A DNA stretch of 64,000 nucleotides from Candidatus Krumholzibacteriia bacterium (GTDB lineage: Bacteria > Krumholzibacteriota > Krumholzibacteriia > LZORAL124-64-63): contig JAWOID010000061.1 of the NCBI GenBank assembly GCA_046484865.1, positions 33,491 through 97,490 of the forward strand. The letters are read 5' to 3'. Under the pieces are notes generated by a model, which was given only the letters and a program-made list of their open reading frames with translations, ran no database searches and was not told the DNA's origin. A program made the translations under genes and the position numbers. Positions 1 to 9,900 of this stretch are shown in pieces (within the stretch, counting starts at the first letter, position 1; the number at the start of each line of letters is the position of its first letter).

Positions 1-2
1 AT

Positions 3-626
3 CATCCGCTGATCCGGACGGCGCTGCGCACGCTGTTCGAACTGGAGGGTGACCTCGAGGTCTGCGCCGAGGCCGAGGACGTGGAGGAAGCCTTGACCGC
101 GGTGCGGGAGTGCCGCCCGCATCTCGTGCTCGTGGACCTCTCGCTCCGCCGCAGCCACGGGCTCGACCTGATCAAGCGGCTGCGCTCCGAGCACCCCGAC
201 GTGCTCATGCTGGCCGTTTCGATGCACGACGAGTTCACCTACGCCACCCGGGTACTTCGTGCCGGTGCCAACGGCTACATCATGAAGGCCGAGGGGAACG
301 GCAACGTGCTGGCCGCCGTCCGGACGGTCCTGTCCGGCCGCACCTTCCTCAGCGAGGCCATGACCCGCGCCGCCGTCGACCAGCTCGGCAAGGGGCTGAC
401 CCCGCATGCCGCGCCGGTGGACGTGCTGAGCGATCGGGAGCTGCAGCTGTTCGAGTTGACCGGCCACGGCAAGGAGATCGCCGAGATCGCCGCGATCATG
501 GCCATCAGTCCCCGCACCGTGGAGGTGCACCGTTCACACATCAAGAAGAAGCTGCAACTGAAGTCGGGCACCGACATCTTCCAGCGCGCCTACGAGTGGC
601 TGCGGGAGATGGGCGTGCAGCCATGA
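3..626 (+). CDS. NarL/LuxR-family DNA-binding response regulator (5' truncated by window edge)
   Basis: The frame is open from position 3 (HPLIRTALRTLFELEGDLEVCAEAED...). Receiver motifs LVLVDLSL, SMHDE and GANGYIMK are followed by a LuxR HTH, LSDRELQLFEL...ISPRTVEVHRSHIKKKL. Confidence 0.93.
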   Translation, partial: HPLIRTALRTLFELEGDLEVCAEAEDVEEALTAVRECRPHLVLVDLSLRRSHGLDLIKRLRSEHPDVLMLAVSMHDEFTYATRVLRAGANGYIMKAEGNGNVLAAVRTVLSGRTFLSEAMTRAAVDQLGKGLTPHAAPVDVLSDRELQLFELTGHGKEIAEIAAIMAISPRTVEVHRSHIKKKLQLKSGTDIFQRAYEWLREMGVQP

Positions 627-641
627 CACGCCTGCCGGCGG

Positions 642-669
642 TTGCCTGACGCTCGAATCCCGCTATCCT
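642..669 (+). promoter_or_regulatory. Possible sigma70-type promoter for the pdh operon
   Basis: TTGCCT (642-647), 16-nt spacer, TATCCT (664-669), in the intergenic gap upstream of aceE. Confidence 0.35.
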
Positions 670-824
670 GGGCGCAGTCACGCGAACGACAAGCACATCT
701 CATCCGCGGGACGGATGGGGACCGCAGCAGGCCGGTCGACCGGCATCCGGGCGCTCGCCGTCCCGGGGTGCGGTCTGGCCCGGCCGCCGCCCGCGTCCCG
801 CGCAGCACCCGGAAGTGGGGTCTC

Positions 825-3542
825 ATGGCCACCGTGGACAGGAATGCCGGCGCTGGGGAGCACGAACCGCCGGCGCAGGAGCAGGTGCGGGAGATCGAGA
901 ACCGGGAGTGGCGCGAGTCGCTGGACTACGTGCTACGCGAGCAGGGTCCCGACCGCGTGCGGGAGATCCTGCGCCTGCTGCAGTCGCGGGCGCAGAGGCG
1001 CGGCGTGAGCATCCCGTTCACTGCCAACACCCCCTACATCAACAGCATCCCGCGCGAGCAACAACCGGTCTTCCCGGGCAACCGCGACATCGAGCGCCGG
1101 ATCAAGAGCATCATCCGCTGGAATGCCATGGCCATGGTGGTGCGCGCCAACCGCGAGCTGGCGGGAATCGGCGGCCACATCTCCACCTATGCCTCGGCGG
1201 CCACGCTGTGGGAGGTGGGCTTCAATCATTTCTGGCGCGCCCGCACCGACGAATTCCTGGGCGACATGATCTACTTCCAGGGCCACGCGGCGCCGGGCGT
1301 GTACGCGCGGGCGTATCTCGAAGGACGGCTCGACGACCGCGATCTGCAGAACTTCCGGCGCGAGCTCTCCGAGGGCGGCGGCCTGTCGTCGTATCCGCAC
1401 CCCTTCCTGATGCCCGATTTCTGGGAGTTCCCCACCGTGAGCATGGGGCTGGCGGCGATCACGGCCATCTACCAGGCGCGCTTCAACCACTACCTGGCCG
1501 ACCGCGGCTTGCGCGAGGCGAGCGGCCGCAAGGTCTGGGCGCTGCTGGGCGACGGCGAGATGGACGAACCCGAATCCCTGGGCGCCATCACCCTGGCCGC
1601 CCGCGAGAAGCTCGACAACCTCATCTTCGTCATCAACTGCAACCTGCAGCGGCTGGACGGACCGGTGCGCGGCAACGGCAAGGTCATCCAGGAACTGGAG
1701 GCCGCCTTCCGGGGCGCCGGCTGGAACGTGATCAAGGTGATCTGGGGCGACGACTGGGACCGCCTGCTGGAGCGAGACCCGACCGGACTGCTGGTGCAGC
1801 GGATGGAGGAGGTCCTCGACGGCGAGATGCAGGGCTACACCGTGTCCAGCGGCGCCTTCGTGCGCGAGCACTTCTTCGGCAAGTACCCCGAGCTGCTGGA
1901 GCTGGTGCGGGACCACAGCGACGACCAGATCCGCAAGCTGCGACGCGGCGGCCACGATCCCGCCAAGGTGTTCGCCGCCTACCGGTCCGCGGTCGAGCAC
2001 GAGGGCTCGCCCACGGTGATCCTGGCGCAGACCGTCAAGGGCTACGGACTCGGCGAGGCCGGCGAGGGCAAGAACATCACCCACAGCCAGAAGAAGCTCA
2101 ACGAGGCCGAGCTGAAGGAGTTCCGCACCCGCTTCAACATTCCCGTGAGTGACGACGACATCGCCGAGGCGCCGTTCTACCGCCCCGACGCGGACAGCCC
2201 GGAGATGCTGTACCTCAAGGACCGACGCGCGAAGCTCGGCGGCTACCTGCCGGCCCGCCGGGTGCTCTCCCGGCCGCAGGCCTGCCAGACCGAGGAGGTC
2301 TTCCGCGAGTACTTCGACGGCTCCGGCGACCGCGAGGTGGCCACCACCATGATCATGGTCCACATGATCGGCAAGCTCCTGCGCATGCCCGAATTCGGCA
2401 AGTTCGTCGTCCCCATCGTACCCGACGAGGCGCGCACCTTCGGCATGGAGTCGCTGTTCCGGCAGGCCGGGATCTACAGCCACGCGGGACAGCTCTACGA
2501 TCCCGTGGACAAGGGGAGCCTCCTCTTCTACAACGAGAAGAAGAGCGGCCAGATCCTCGAGGAGGGGATCAGCGAGGCCGGGGCCATGGCCAGCTTCATC
2601 GCCGCGGGCACCAGCTATGCCAGCAACGCGGTGCCCGCCATCCCGTTCTACCTCTTCTACTCCATGTTCGGCTTCCAGCGCGTCGGCGACCTGATCTGGT
2701 CGGCCTGCGACAACCGCGCGCGCGGGTTCCTGGTGGGCGCCACGGCCGGACGCACCACCCTCTCCGGCGAGGGGCTGCAGCACCAGGACGGGCACAGTCA
2801 CGTGCTGGCCCTGCCGCCCACCACGGTGCGGGCCTACGACCCCGCCTTCGCCTACGAGCTGGCCACGATCGTGCACGACGGCCTGACGCGCATGTTCTGC
2901 GACGAGGAGAACTGGATCTATTACCTCACGGTGATGAACGAGACCTACCGGATGCCGCCCATGCCGCAGGAGGAGGGCGTTCGCGAGGGGATCGTCAAGG
3001 GGATGTACCGCTACCGCCGCAGCGAGGTGAAGGGACGCAGCCGCAAGCCGCGGGCCCATCTCCTGGGCAGCGGCGCCATCCTGAACGAGGTGATCGCCGC
3101 ACAGGAGTTGCTGGCGCAGGAGTACGACGTGGCCGCGGACGTGTGGAGCGTGACCAGCTACAAGGAGCTGTACCGCGACGCCGTGGAGGTGGAGCGCTGG
3201 AACTTCCTGCACCCGGGCGAGCAGCCGCGGGCGCCGTACGTCAGCAGGCTGCTGGCGAAGGAGAAGGGCGTGTTCGTGGCGGCCAGCGACTACATGAAGG
3301 TGCTGCCCGCCAGCATCGCGAAGTGGCTCCCGGGCCCGCTGCACTGCCTGGGGACCGACGGCTTCGGACGCAGCGACGGCCGGGTCCAGCTGCGCGACTT
3401 CTTCGAGGTGGACCGTCGTTACGTCGCCCTGGCCGCCCTGCGGCAGCTGGCCGACGCCGGCGAGCTGGACCCCGCGCTGGTGCAGCAGGCGATCGAGGAC
3501 CTGGAGATCGATCCCGACAAGCTGAACCCGCACATCGACTGA
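825..3542 (+). CDS. aceE: Pyruvate dehydrogenase E1 component, homodimeric type
   Basis: GGHISTYAS, QGHAAPGVYARAYLEGRL, PTVSMGLA, TPP motif GDGEMDEPES...NCNLQRLDGPV, GEGLQHQDG and LGTDGFGRSD. Start set at ATG 825 (MATVDR) because the track's upstream extension is not protein-like. Confidence 0.97.
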   Translation: MATVDRNAGAGEHEPPAQEQVREIENREWRESLDYVLREQGPDRVREILRLLQSRAQRRGVSIPFTANTPYINSIPREQQPVFPGNRDIERRIKSIIRWNAMAMVVRANRELAGIGGHISTYASAATLWEVGFNHFWRARTDEFLGDMIYFQGHAAPGVYARAYLEGRLDDRDLQNFRRELSEGGGLSSYPHPFLMPDFWEFPTVSMGLAAITAIYQARFNHYLADRGLREASGRKVWALLGDGEMDEPESLGAITLAAREKLDNLIFVINCNLQRLDGPVRGNGKVIQELEAAFRGAGWNVIKVIWGDDWDRLLERDPTGLLVQRMEEVLDGEMQGYTVSSGAFVREHFFGKYPELLELVRDHSDDQIRKLRRGGHDPAKVFAAYRSAVEHEGSPTVILAQTVKGYGLGEAGEGKNITHSQKKLNEAELKEFRTRFNIPVSDDDIAEAPFYRPDADSPEMLYLKDRRAKLGGYLPARRVLSRPQACQTEEVFREYFDGSGDREVATTMIMVHMIGKLLRMPEFGKFVVPIVPDEARTFGMESLFRQAGIYSHAGQLYDPVDKGSLLFYNEKKSGQILEEGISEAGAMASFIAAGTSYASNAVPAIPFYLFYSMFGFQRVGDLIWSACDNRARGFLVGATAGRTTLSGEGLQHQDGHSHVLALPPTTVRAYDPAFAYELATIVHDGLTRMFCDEENWIYYLTVMNETYRMPPMPQEEGVREGIVKGMYRYRRSEVKGRSRKPRAHLLGSGAILNEVIAAQELLAQEYDVAADVWSVTSYKELYRDAVEVERWNFLHPGEQPRAPYVSRLLAKEKGVFVAASDYMKVLPASIAKWLPGPLHCLGTDGFGRSDGRVQLRDFFEVDRRYVALAALRQLADAGELDPALVQQAIEDLEIDPDKLNPHID

Positions 3543-3558
3543 CGGCCGGGAGGAGAGC

Positions 3559-5130
3559 ATGGCGCAAGCGATCAAGGTTCCGGAGGTCTCCGAGGGCGTC
3601 ACCGAGGGGACGGTCATCAGCCTGGCGGTGGCCGAGGGCGACGCCGTGGAAGCCGACCAGACGCTGCTGGAACTGGAGACCGACAAGGCCGTGGTGGCCC
3701 TGCCCGCCCCGTTCGCCGGCCGTATCACCGCCATCAAGGTGAGCGAGGGCGATGTCGTGCAGGTGGGCCAGGTGGTGATGGAAGGCGAGCCTTCCGGCGA
3801 CGGCGCCGGCGCTCCCGCCGTCGAGACGGGCGAGGCCGAGGCGGGCCCCGCCCGGACCGAGCCCAAGGAGTCGGCCAGCGCCATGGCCGGCGCGAACGCC
3901 GAGGCCGCGGGCGAGCGCGCCGCCCGGGAGGCGGCCGACCAGCCGGTGGAGACGCAGGACGTCCCGGCAGCAAAGGCGCCGCCACCCGAGGAACCGCCGC
4001 GCGAGGACCCCGGCGAGCAGCCGCCTCGAAAGGAGCCGCCTCCCGAGGAACCGCCCCGCGAGGAGCCGCCTGCCGAGGAACCGCCCCGCAAGGAGCCCGG
4101 CGAGCAGCCGCCCCGCAAGGAGCCGCCCCCCGAGGAACCCGATCAGCGGCCGGCCACGGGCGATGCGGACCTCACGACCGCCCGCCAGGGCGACGAGGTG
4201 GCTCCGGCGGCGCCGTCGGTGCGCCGCCTGGCACGCGAGCTCGGGGTCGACATCTACCAGGTGCCCGGCTCCGGCCCCGGCGGCCGCATCGCCGAGGACG
4301 ACGTGCGCGGCTTCGTGAAGCAGGCCATGGAGCAGCTCGACGGCTTCCAGGCACAGGTGGCCGCCGGCGCCGCGCCCCCGGGCGGCGTGGGCTTGTCGGC
4401 GGCGCGCCCGCTGCCTGACTTCACCCGCTGGGGCGAGGTGGAACGCCAGCCGCTGAGCCGCATCCGCGAGCTCACCGGCGAGGCGATGTCCACCACCTGG
4501 GCCACCATCCCGATGGTCACGCAGTACGACCGCGCCGACATCACCGCCGTCGAGGAATTTCGCGAGCAGCAGAACCGGCGGGCTCCGGACGACGCCAAGG
4601 TCACCATGACCGCCATCCTCCTGAAGGTCTGCGCCGCGGCGATGAAGGCCTTCCCCCAGGTGAACAGCAGCCTCGATCCGGCGGCACGGGAGCTGGTGCT
4701 CAAGAAGTACGTTCACGTGGGCGTGGCGGTGGACACGCCGCACGGCCTGCTGGTGCCGGTCGTGCGCGACGTGGACCGCAAGGGGATCGGACATCTGGCG
4801 CGCGAGCTGAACGAGCTGGCCGGACGCACCCGCGAACGCAAGGTGAAGCCGGAGGAGATGGAGGGCGGCACCTTCACCATCAGCAACCTGGGCGGCATCG
4901 GCGGCACCGCCTTCACGCCGCTGGTGTACGCGCCGCAGGCGGCCATCCTGGGCGTGTCGCGGGCGGAGATGATGCCCGTGTGGGACGGTCAAGGGTTCCA
5001 TCCTCGCCTGATGCTGCCGCTCTCGCTCACCTACGACCACAGGATCGTCGACGGCGCCGACGGTGCGCGCATCCTGCGCTGGATCTGTCGCGCCCTGGAA
5101 CAACCCCTGCACCTGGTCCTGGAGGGCTGA
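3559..5130 (+). CDS. aceF: Dihydrolipoamide acetyltransferase (PDH E2), single lipoyl domain
   Basis: Lipoyl motif LETDKA, E3-binding domain APSVRRLARELGVDI..GSGPGGRI, catalytic GGTFTISNLGGIGG and YDHRIVDGADGA. RBS GGAGGAG precedes the start. Confidence 0.96.
   Translation: MAQAIKVPEVSEGVTEGTVISLAVAEGDAVEADQTLLELETDKAVVALPAPFAGRITAIKVSEGDVVQVGQVVMEGEPSGDGAGAPAVETGEAEAGPARTEPKESASAMAGANAEAAGERAAREAADQPVETQDVPAAKAPPPEEPPREDPGEQPPRKEPPPEEPPREEPPAEEPPRKEPGEQPPRKEPPPEEPDQRPATGDADLTTARQGDEVAPAAPSVRRLARELGVDIYQVPGSGPGGRIAEDDVRGFVKQAMEQLDGFQAQVAAGAAPPGGVGLSAARPLPDFTRWGEVERQPLSRIRELTGEAMSTTWATIPMVTQYDRADITAVEEFREQQNRRAPDDAKVTMTAILLKVCAAAMKAFPQVNSSLDPAARELVLKKYVHVGVAVDTPHGLLVPVVRDVDRKGIGHLARELNELAGRTRERKVKPEEMEGGTFTISNLGGIGGTAFTPLVYAPQAAILGVSRAEMMPVWDGQGFHPRLMLPLSLTYDHRIVDGADGARILRWICRALEQPLHLVLEG
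3979..4140 (+). repeat. Degenerate ~15-bp tandem repeat encoding a Pro/Glu-rich linker in E2
   Basis: Encodes PPPEEPPREDPGEQPPRKEPPPEEPPREEPPAEEPPRKEPGEQPPRKEPPPEEP, with recurring gaggaaccgccccgc and aaggagccgcc units. Confidence 0.85.
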
Positions 5131-5135
5131 CCACG

Positions 5136-6638
5136 ATGGGCAAAGGCAACGGCAAGCAGGAGGCGCAGAGCAAGCGATCGGACCCGCCGGGCGAGCGCGG
5201 CGATCCGGACCGGCAGAAGACGCAGGACGACAAGGCCGAGCCGGCCGAGCGCGCCGGCCGAGCCGCCCAGCTCGTGGTCATCGGCGGCGGCCCCGCCGGC
5301 TACCTGGCGATGTTCCGGGCCGCGGAGCTGGGTCTGGACGTCACCCTGGTCGACCCCGAGGAGAATCCCGGCGGCGTCTGCCTCTATCGCGGCTGCATCC
5401 CCTCCAAGGCGCTGCTGCACGCGGCCAGGGTCATCCGCGAGGCGGAGGACTCGAAGCTGCTGGGGCTGAAGTTCCGGCCGCCCGAGATCGATGTGGACCG
5501 CCTGCGCGCCTGGAAGGACGAGGTGGTCGGCAAGCTCACCGGCGGTCTCGGCCAGAAGGCGCGCAAGCTGAAGATCCGGCACCTGCGCGGCCGGGCGCGG
5601 TTCGTCGACGCGCGCACCCTCGCCGTGGAGCTCGTAAACGGCGGCGGCACCGAGCGGGTGCCGTTCGAGCAGGCGATCGTCGCCACCGGCTCGGAGCCGG
5701 TCGCGCTGCCCGGCGTCCCCGCCTCCGACCGCGTCATGGATTCCACCGGCGCGCTCGATCTGCCGGAGGTACCGAAATCGCTGCTGGTGATCGGCGGCGG
5801 CTACATCGGGCTCGAGCTGGGCAGCGTCTACGCCGCGCTGGGCAGCAAGGTCTCGGTGGTGGAGATGACGGCAGGTCTCCTGCCCGGCGTGGACCGCGAT
5901 CTGGTCTCGGTCCTCAAGCGGCGGCTGGACCACCAGTTCGAGCGCATCCTGCTGAACACGAAGGTGGCGTCGCTGAAGGCGCAGAAGTCGGGCGTGAAGG
6001 TGATGCTGGAGAACGCCGGTGGCGAGACCGACTCACAGCGCTTCGACCGGGTCCTGGTCTCCATCGGCCGGCGGCCCCTCAGCCGCGACCTCGGGCTGGA
6101 GAACACGAGGATCGAGGTCGACGAGCGCGGATTCGTGAAGGTGGACGGCCAGCGCCGCACCGCCGAGCGCCACATCTTCGCGATCGGCGACGTGGCGGGC
6201 GAGCCGATGCTGGCGCACAAGGGCTACGCCGAGGCGCTGGTGGCGGCCGAGGCGGCGGCGGGACGCAAGTCGATCTACGAGCCGCGGGGCGTTCCGGCGG
6301 TGGTCTACACCGATCCCGAGATCGCCTGGGTGGGCCTCAGCGAGACGGACGCCCGCGCCGAGCAGCGCAAGGTCAAGACGGCCAAGCTGCCCTGGCGCGG
6401 CAACGGCCGCACGCTCACCCTGGGCCGCGATGACGGGATGACCAAGATCCTGATCGATCCGGGGTCGCGGCGGGTGCTCGGTATCGGGCTGGTGGGGCCC
6501 GGCGCCGGCGAACTGGTGGCGGAGGGCGCTTTGGCGCTGGAGATGGCCGCCGTGGCGGAAGACCTGCGCCGGACCATCCACCCCCACCCCAGCCTCTCCG
6601 AGACGATCTTCGACGCCGCGGAACAGATCGTGGAGTGA
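5136..6638 (+). CDS. lpdA: Dihydrolipoyl dehydrogenase (E3)
   Basis: GGGPAGY, redox disulfide GGVCLYRGCIPSKAL, GGGYIGLE, AIGDV and HPHPSLSE. ATG at 5136 lies just after the aceF stop. Confidence 0.96.
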   Translation: MGKGNGKQEAQSKRSDPPGERGDPDRQKTQDDKAEPAERAGRAAQLVVIGGGPAGYLAMFRAAELGLDVTLVDPEENPGGVCLYRGCIPSKALLHAARVIREAEDSKLLGLKFRPPEIDVDRLRAWKDEVVGKLTGGLGQKARKLKIRHLRGRARFVDARTLAVELVNGGGTERVPFEQAIVATGSEPVALPGVPASDRVMDSTGALDLPEVPKSLLVIGGGYIGLELGSVYAALGSKVSVVEMTAGLLPGVDRDLVSVLKRRLDHQFERILLNTKVASLKAQKSGVKVMLENAGGETDSQRFDRVLVSIGRRPLSRDLGLENTRIEVDERGFVKVDGQRRTAERHIFAIGDVAGEPMLAHKGYAEALVAAEAAAGRKSIYEPRGVPAVVYTDPEIAWVGLSETDARAEQRKVKTAKLPWRGNGRTLTLGRDDGMTKILIDPGSRRVLGIGLVGPGAGELVAEGALALEMAAVAEDLRRTIHPHPSLSETIFDAAEQIVE

Positions 6639-6672
6639 CCCGGCCGCACCGTAATCCGCCGTGGTCCGTCTG

Positions 6673-6702
6673 TTGATTTAGAGTTTCATTTTATGCTATG
6701 AT
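6673..6702 (+). promoter_or_regulatory. Putative sigma70 promoter with extended -10 for the M6 protease gene
   Basis: AT-rich patch: TTGATT (6673-6678), 18-nt spacer, TATGAT (6697-6702) preceded by TGn. Confidence 0.55.
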
Positions 6703-6943
6703 GCGCGCCGAGCGTCGCGCCGCGATCAGGGAGGGGAAGGGGATCCCCCCGGGTCGCCGACGCCGGCAGTACGGATCGCCCTCGCCTTGACCGGACAACA
6801 ACAGGTCGACACCTCGCCCGCGCACCGGACTGCGGCGGGCCGCCCGAGCGGCCGGCGCCTGGTGTCCCGTGTCCTGTGCGCCTGCGTCTCTCGCCGGGCG
6901 CCGCTGCGGCGCGGTCGTTCCCCACCGCCCAGGGAGGTCCGTC

Positions 6944-9900
6944 ATGCACTCCTCGCCCGCGGTCTCCGACCCGGTCGCCTCGCCGGTGACCGGATGTTCG
7001 CGTCCCACCCGGACGTGCCCGGTCCCTTCGGTCCTCGTCGTCCTCGCCGCCGCCGTGATGCTGGGGGGCCTCTCGGCTTCCGCCCTCGCCATGCCTCCCC
7101 GTCCGGTGCCCCACGACGAGCACGGCATGCCCGTGGCCGCCGGCCAGGCGGCCGACAAGTCCCTCGAGGCACTCGCCGGCCCCGGGGTCGACGCCCCTTA
7201 CCACGGCAACTCGCCGCCGCGCACCGGCACGGCGAACCTGCCGGTGCTCCTGATCGACTTCCCCGACCGCGCCGGCGTGATCGCACCGGCGCGCTTCGAC
7301 ACCATGCTCTTCCATCTGAACCAGGCGTGGCCGACCGGCAGCATGAGCGAGTACTTCCGGGAGAACGGCACGCTGTCCATTTGGGGCCAGACCCATGGCT
7401 GGTTCAGGATGCCCGCGGCGTCCACCGTCTACGTGAACGGCTTCGGCGGAATGCTGGACACTTATCCACGCAACTCGCAAGGCGCAGTCTTCCAGGCTGC
7501 GCAGTTGGCGGACCCCGCCATCGACTTCAGCCAGTACGACAATGACGGCCCCGACAACGTCCCCAACTCGGGCGATGACGACGGCTTCGTCGACTGCGTC
7601 ATCGCGGTCTTCGCCGGCTACGCCGCCGAGTCGTACGTTCCCGCCAGTGCAGGCAACCGCATCTGGTCCCACTGCTGGTACCTGGACGCTGGTCGCGGCC
7701 CCGGACCGTACGTCACCAACGACATGGGCGCGAACGGCCAGTTCATCAAGATCGACCTCTACACAATCCAGTCTGAGCTGCGGAACACCTCGGGAACGAT
7801 CATCCGCGACATCGGCGTGTTCTGCCACGAGTTCGGCCACGCCCTCGGCCTGCCCGACCTCTGGAGCACCTGCCCGGCCGTCTTCCAGTCGACCCACGGC
7901 GTCTGGAACGGCGTCGGGGAATACGACCTCATGTGCCTCGGCGGCTGGGGGGCGGGCGGGGCCGCGCCCGACCAGCCGCACCACCTGAGCGCTTTCGGCA
8001 AGGCCCTGCTCGGCTGGGCGAACACCATCTACGTGTCCGTGGACCTGCCCGGCTGCACCATACCGGCGGTGCAGTCCTCCCGCACCGTCTACTCCAGCTT
8101 CCCCTTCCTCACGGGACCGCCCGTGGACACAGCGCCCATCCAGCTTCCGCCGCAGATGGACCTGCTGCCGCCGCCCTTCGAGGGCTGGATCCTCGAGAAC
8201 CGCCAGTCCGACCTGCCGGGCCAGCTCTTCGACCGGAACCTGCCGGGTTCAGGCTTGCTGCTCTACCACTACGACGGCGCGGTCGGGCTCCGCGACTACG
8301 ACGCCGACGGGCTGGCGAACTGGTACGACAACGACGTGCAGTGGTCCGAGCGCTGGCCCCTGCTCGCGGTCGAGTGCCCCGACCAGACCGGCCCCGACCA
8401 CTCGTTCGACAACGACGACCTCGCCCTCCAGAACAACAACGGCGACCAGTTCGATTTCTTCTACCAGGGCAATCCCTTCGGAGACGTGTTCGACTGGAAC
8501 ACGTCGCCCTCGAACCTGAACCACTCGGGCGCGGCCACGTTCTTCGCTCTGCGCAACGTCGGTCCGAGCGGGACGACCATGACGGCGGACATCATCGTGG
8601 GTACACCGGGCGGCCCCAACCACGACATCTGGGTGAAGGACTGCGATCGCGACGACGGCAGCGAGCCATCCACGGCGAACTGCGACTGCCCGGGCTATCA
8701 CCGCCAGTACTCCAGCCCCGACGTGTGGTTCGACAACGACGGAGACGGGCGGCTCGATGCGCCGGTCGGCGGCTGTCCCAACCGCATGTTCCTGAAGGTG
8801 CGCAACGCCGGCCCGCAGCCCATCGACTACGCAACCGTGCAGGTCTTCGAGATGTCGGGCTACCTCAGCCTGCCGCAACCCGTTGCTCCGCCGGTGCATC
8901 CGTTCTCCGGGATGGCGCGACTCTGTTCGACCACGGTGGCATCCATCGGAGCGGCGGACAGCGCGACGGTGCAGGTGTGGGTGAACATGCCCGTTATTCC
9001 GCCGGGATCGTGGCCGCCGCACCTGGGCATCCTGGTCCAGACCGCCGTGGACACGCTCACGGGGTTCTGCACCAGTCCGGACGACAACAACCTGGCCGAG
9101 AGCAGTTCCAGCTGTCTGTACTGGAGTGCCGGTCAGCCAGCGCCGAAGTCCGCCGCGGCCACCGCCGCATCGGGGGGCGACCTGCCGAGCGTCAAGCGAG
9201 CCGCCGCAGGCACCGCCGCGGCGACCTGGTCCGGCGCCGCACCGCCGAGCGTCGCGCAAGCCGCCGTGGCGCGGCTGGAGATGACGGAACCGATCCAGGT
9301 CGTGGTCCCGGTGAACAATCCGTTCGAGGCGCCCCTGGAGGTGACCATCGCCGCCGAGGCCGAGCTTCCCCTTGGCTGTGCCGTGGAGTTCTTCCTGCCC
9401 GAGATCGATCCAGCAGCCGTCGTTCTGCCCTACACGTTCGTCCTCGACCCGATGCAGGTGACGCCGCTGGAGGTGGTCGTCCTTCCCGGCGAAGGCGTGG
9501 TCCACGGCGTGACCGGCTGGCTGGCGATACTCGAGTACGAGGCCGCCCTTCACCCGCTGCCCGAAGGTCTGCTGGGCAGCATGCACTTCGAGCTCGGCGC
9601 CGACCTGTTTCCGCCGCTGCCCGTGGGCGACCTCGCCGCGGAACTCGTGAGCGACGAGCCGTGCCTGCCCGATGGAGGCGCCGTGCGACTGGTATTCCAG
9701 CCGCCCCTCTTCGATGTGGCCGGCTTCGAGGAGGACCTCTCGTTCTTCGTGATCTACCGCGACACGGTCCCGGACGTGGAGATCGATATCGCGAAGCTCA
9801 TCGGCAAGTGTGCCGCCGATGCCGACGAGGAGACCGCCGCCTGGGAATGGGTGGATCCGGAATGGGCGCTCGACGCGACCGGCCCCACGCCATATTACCG

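Noticed and set aside
3979..4140. Possible CRISPR-like periodicity
   Set aside because: In-frame degenerate coding repeats with no unique spacers, and no cas genes in the window.
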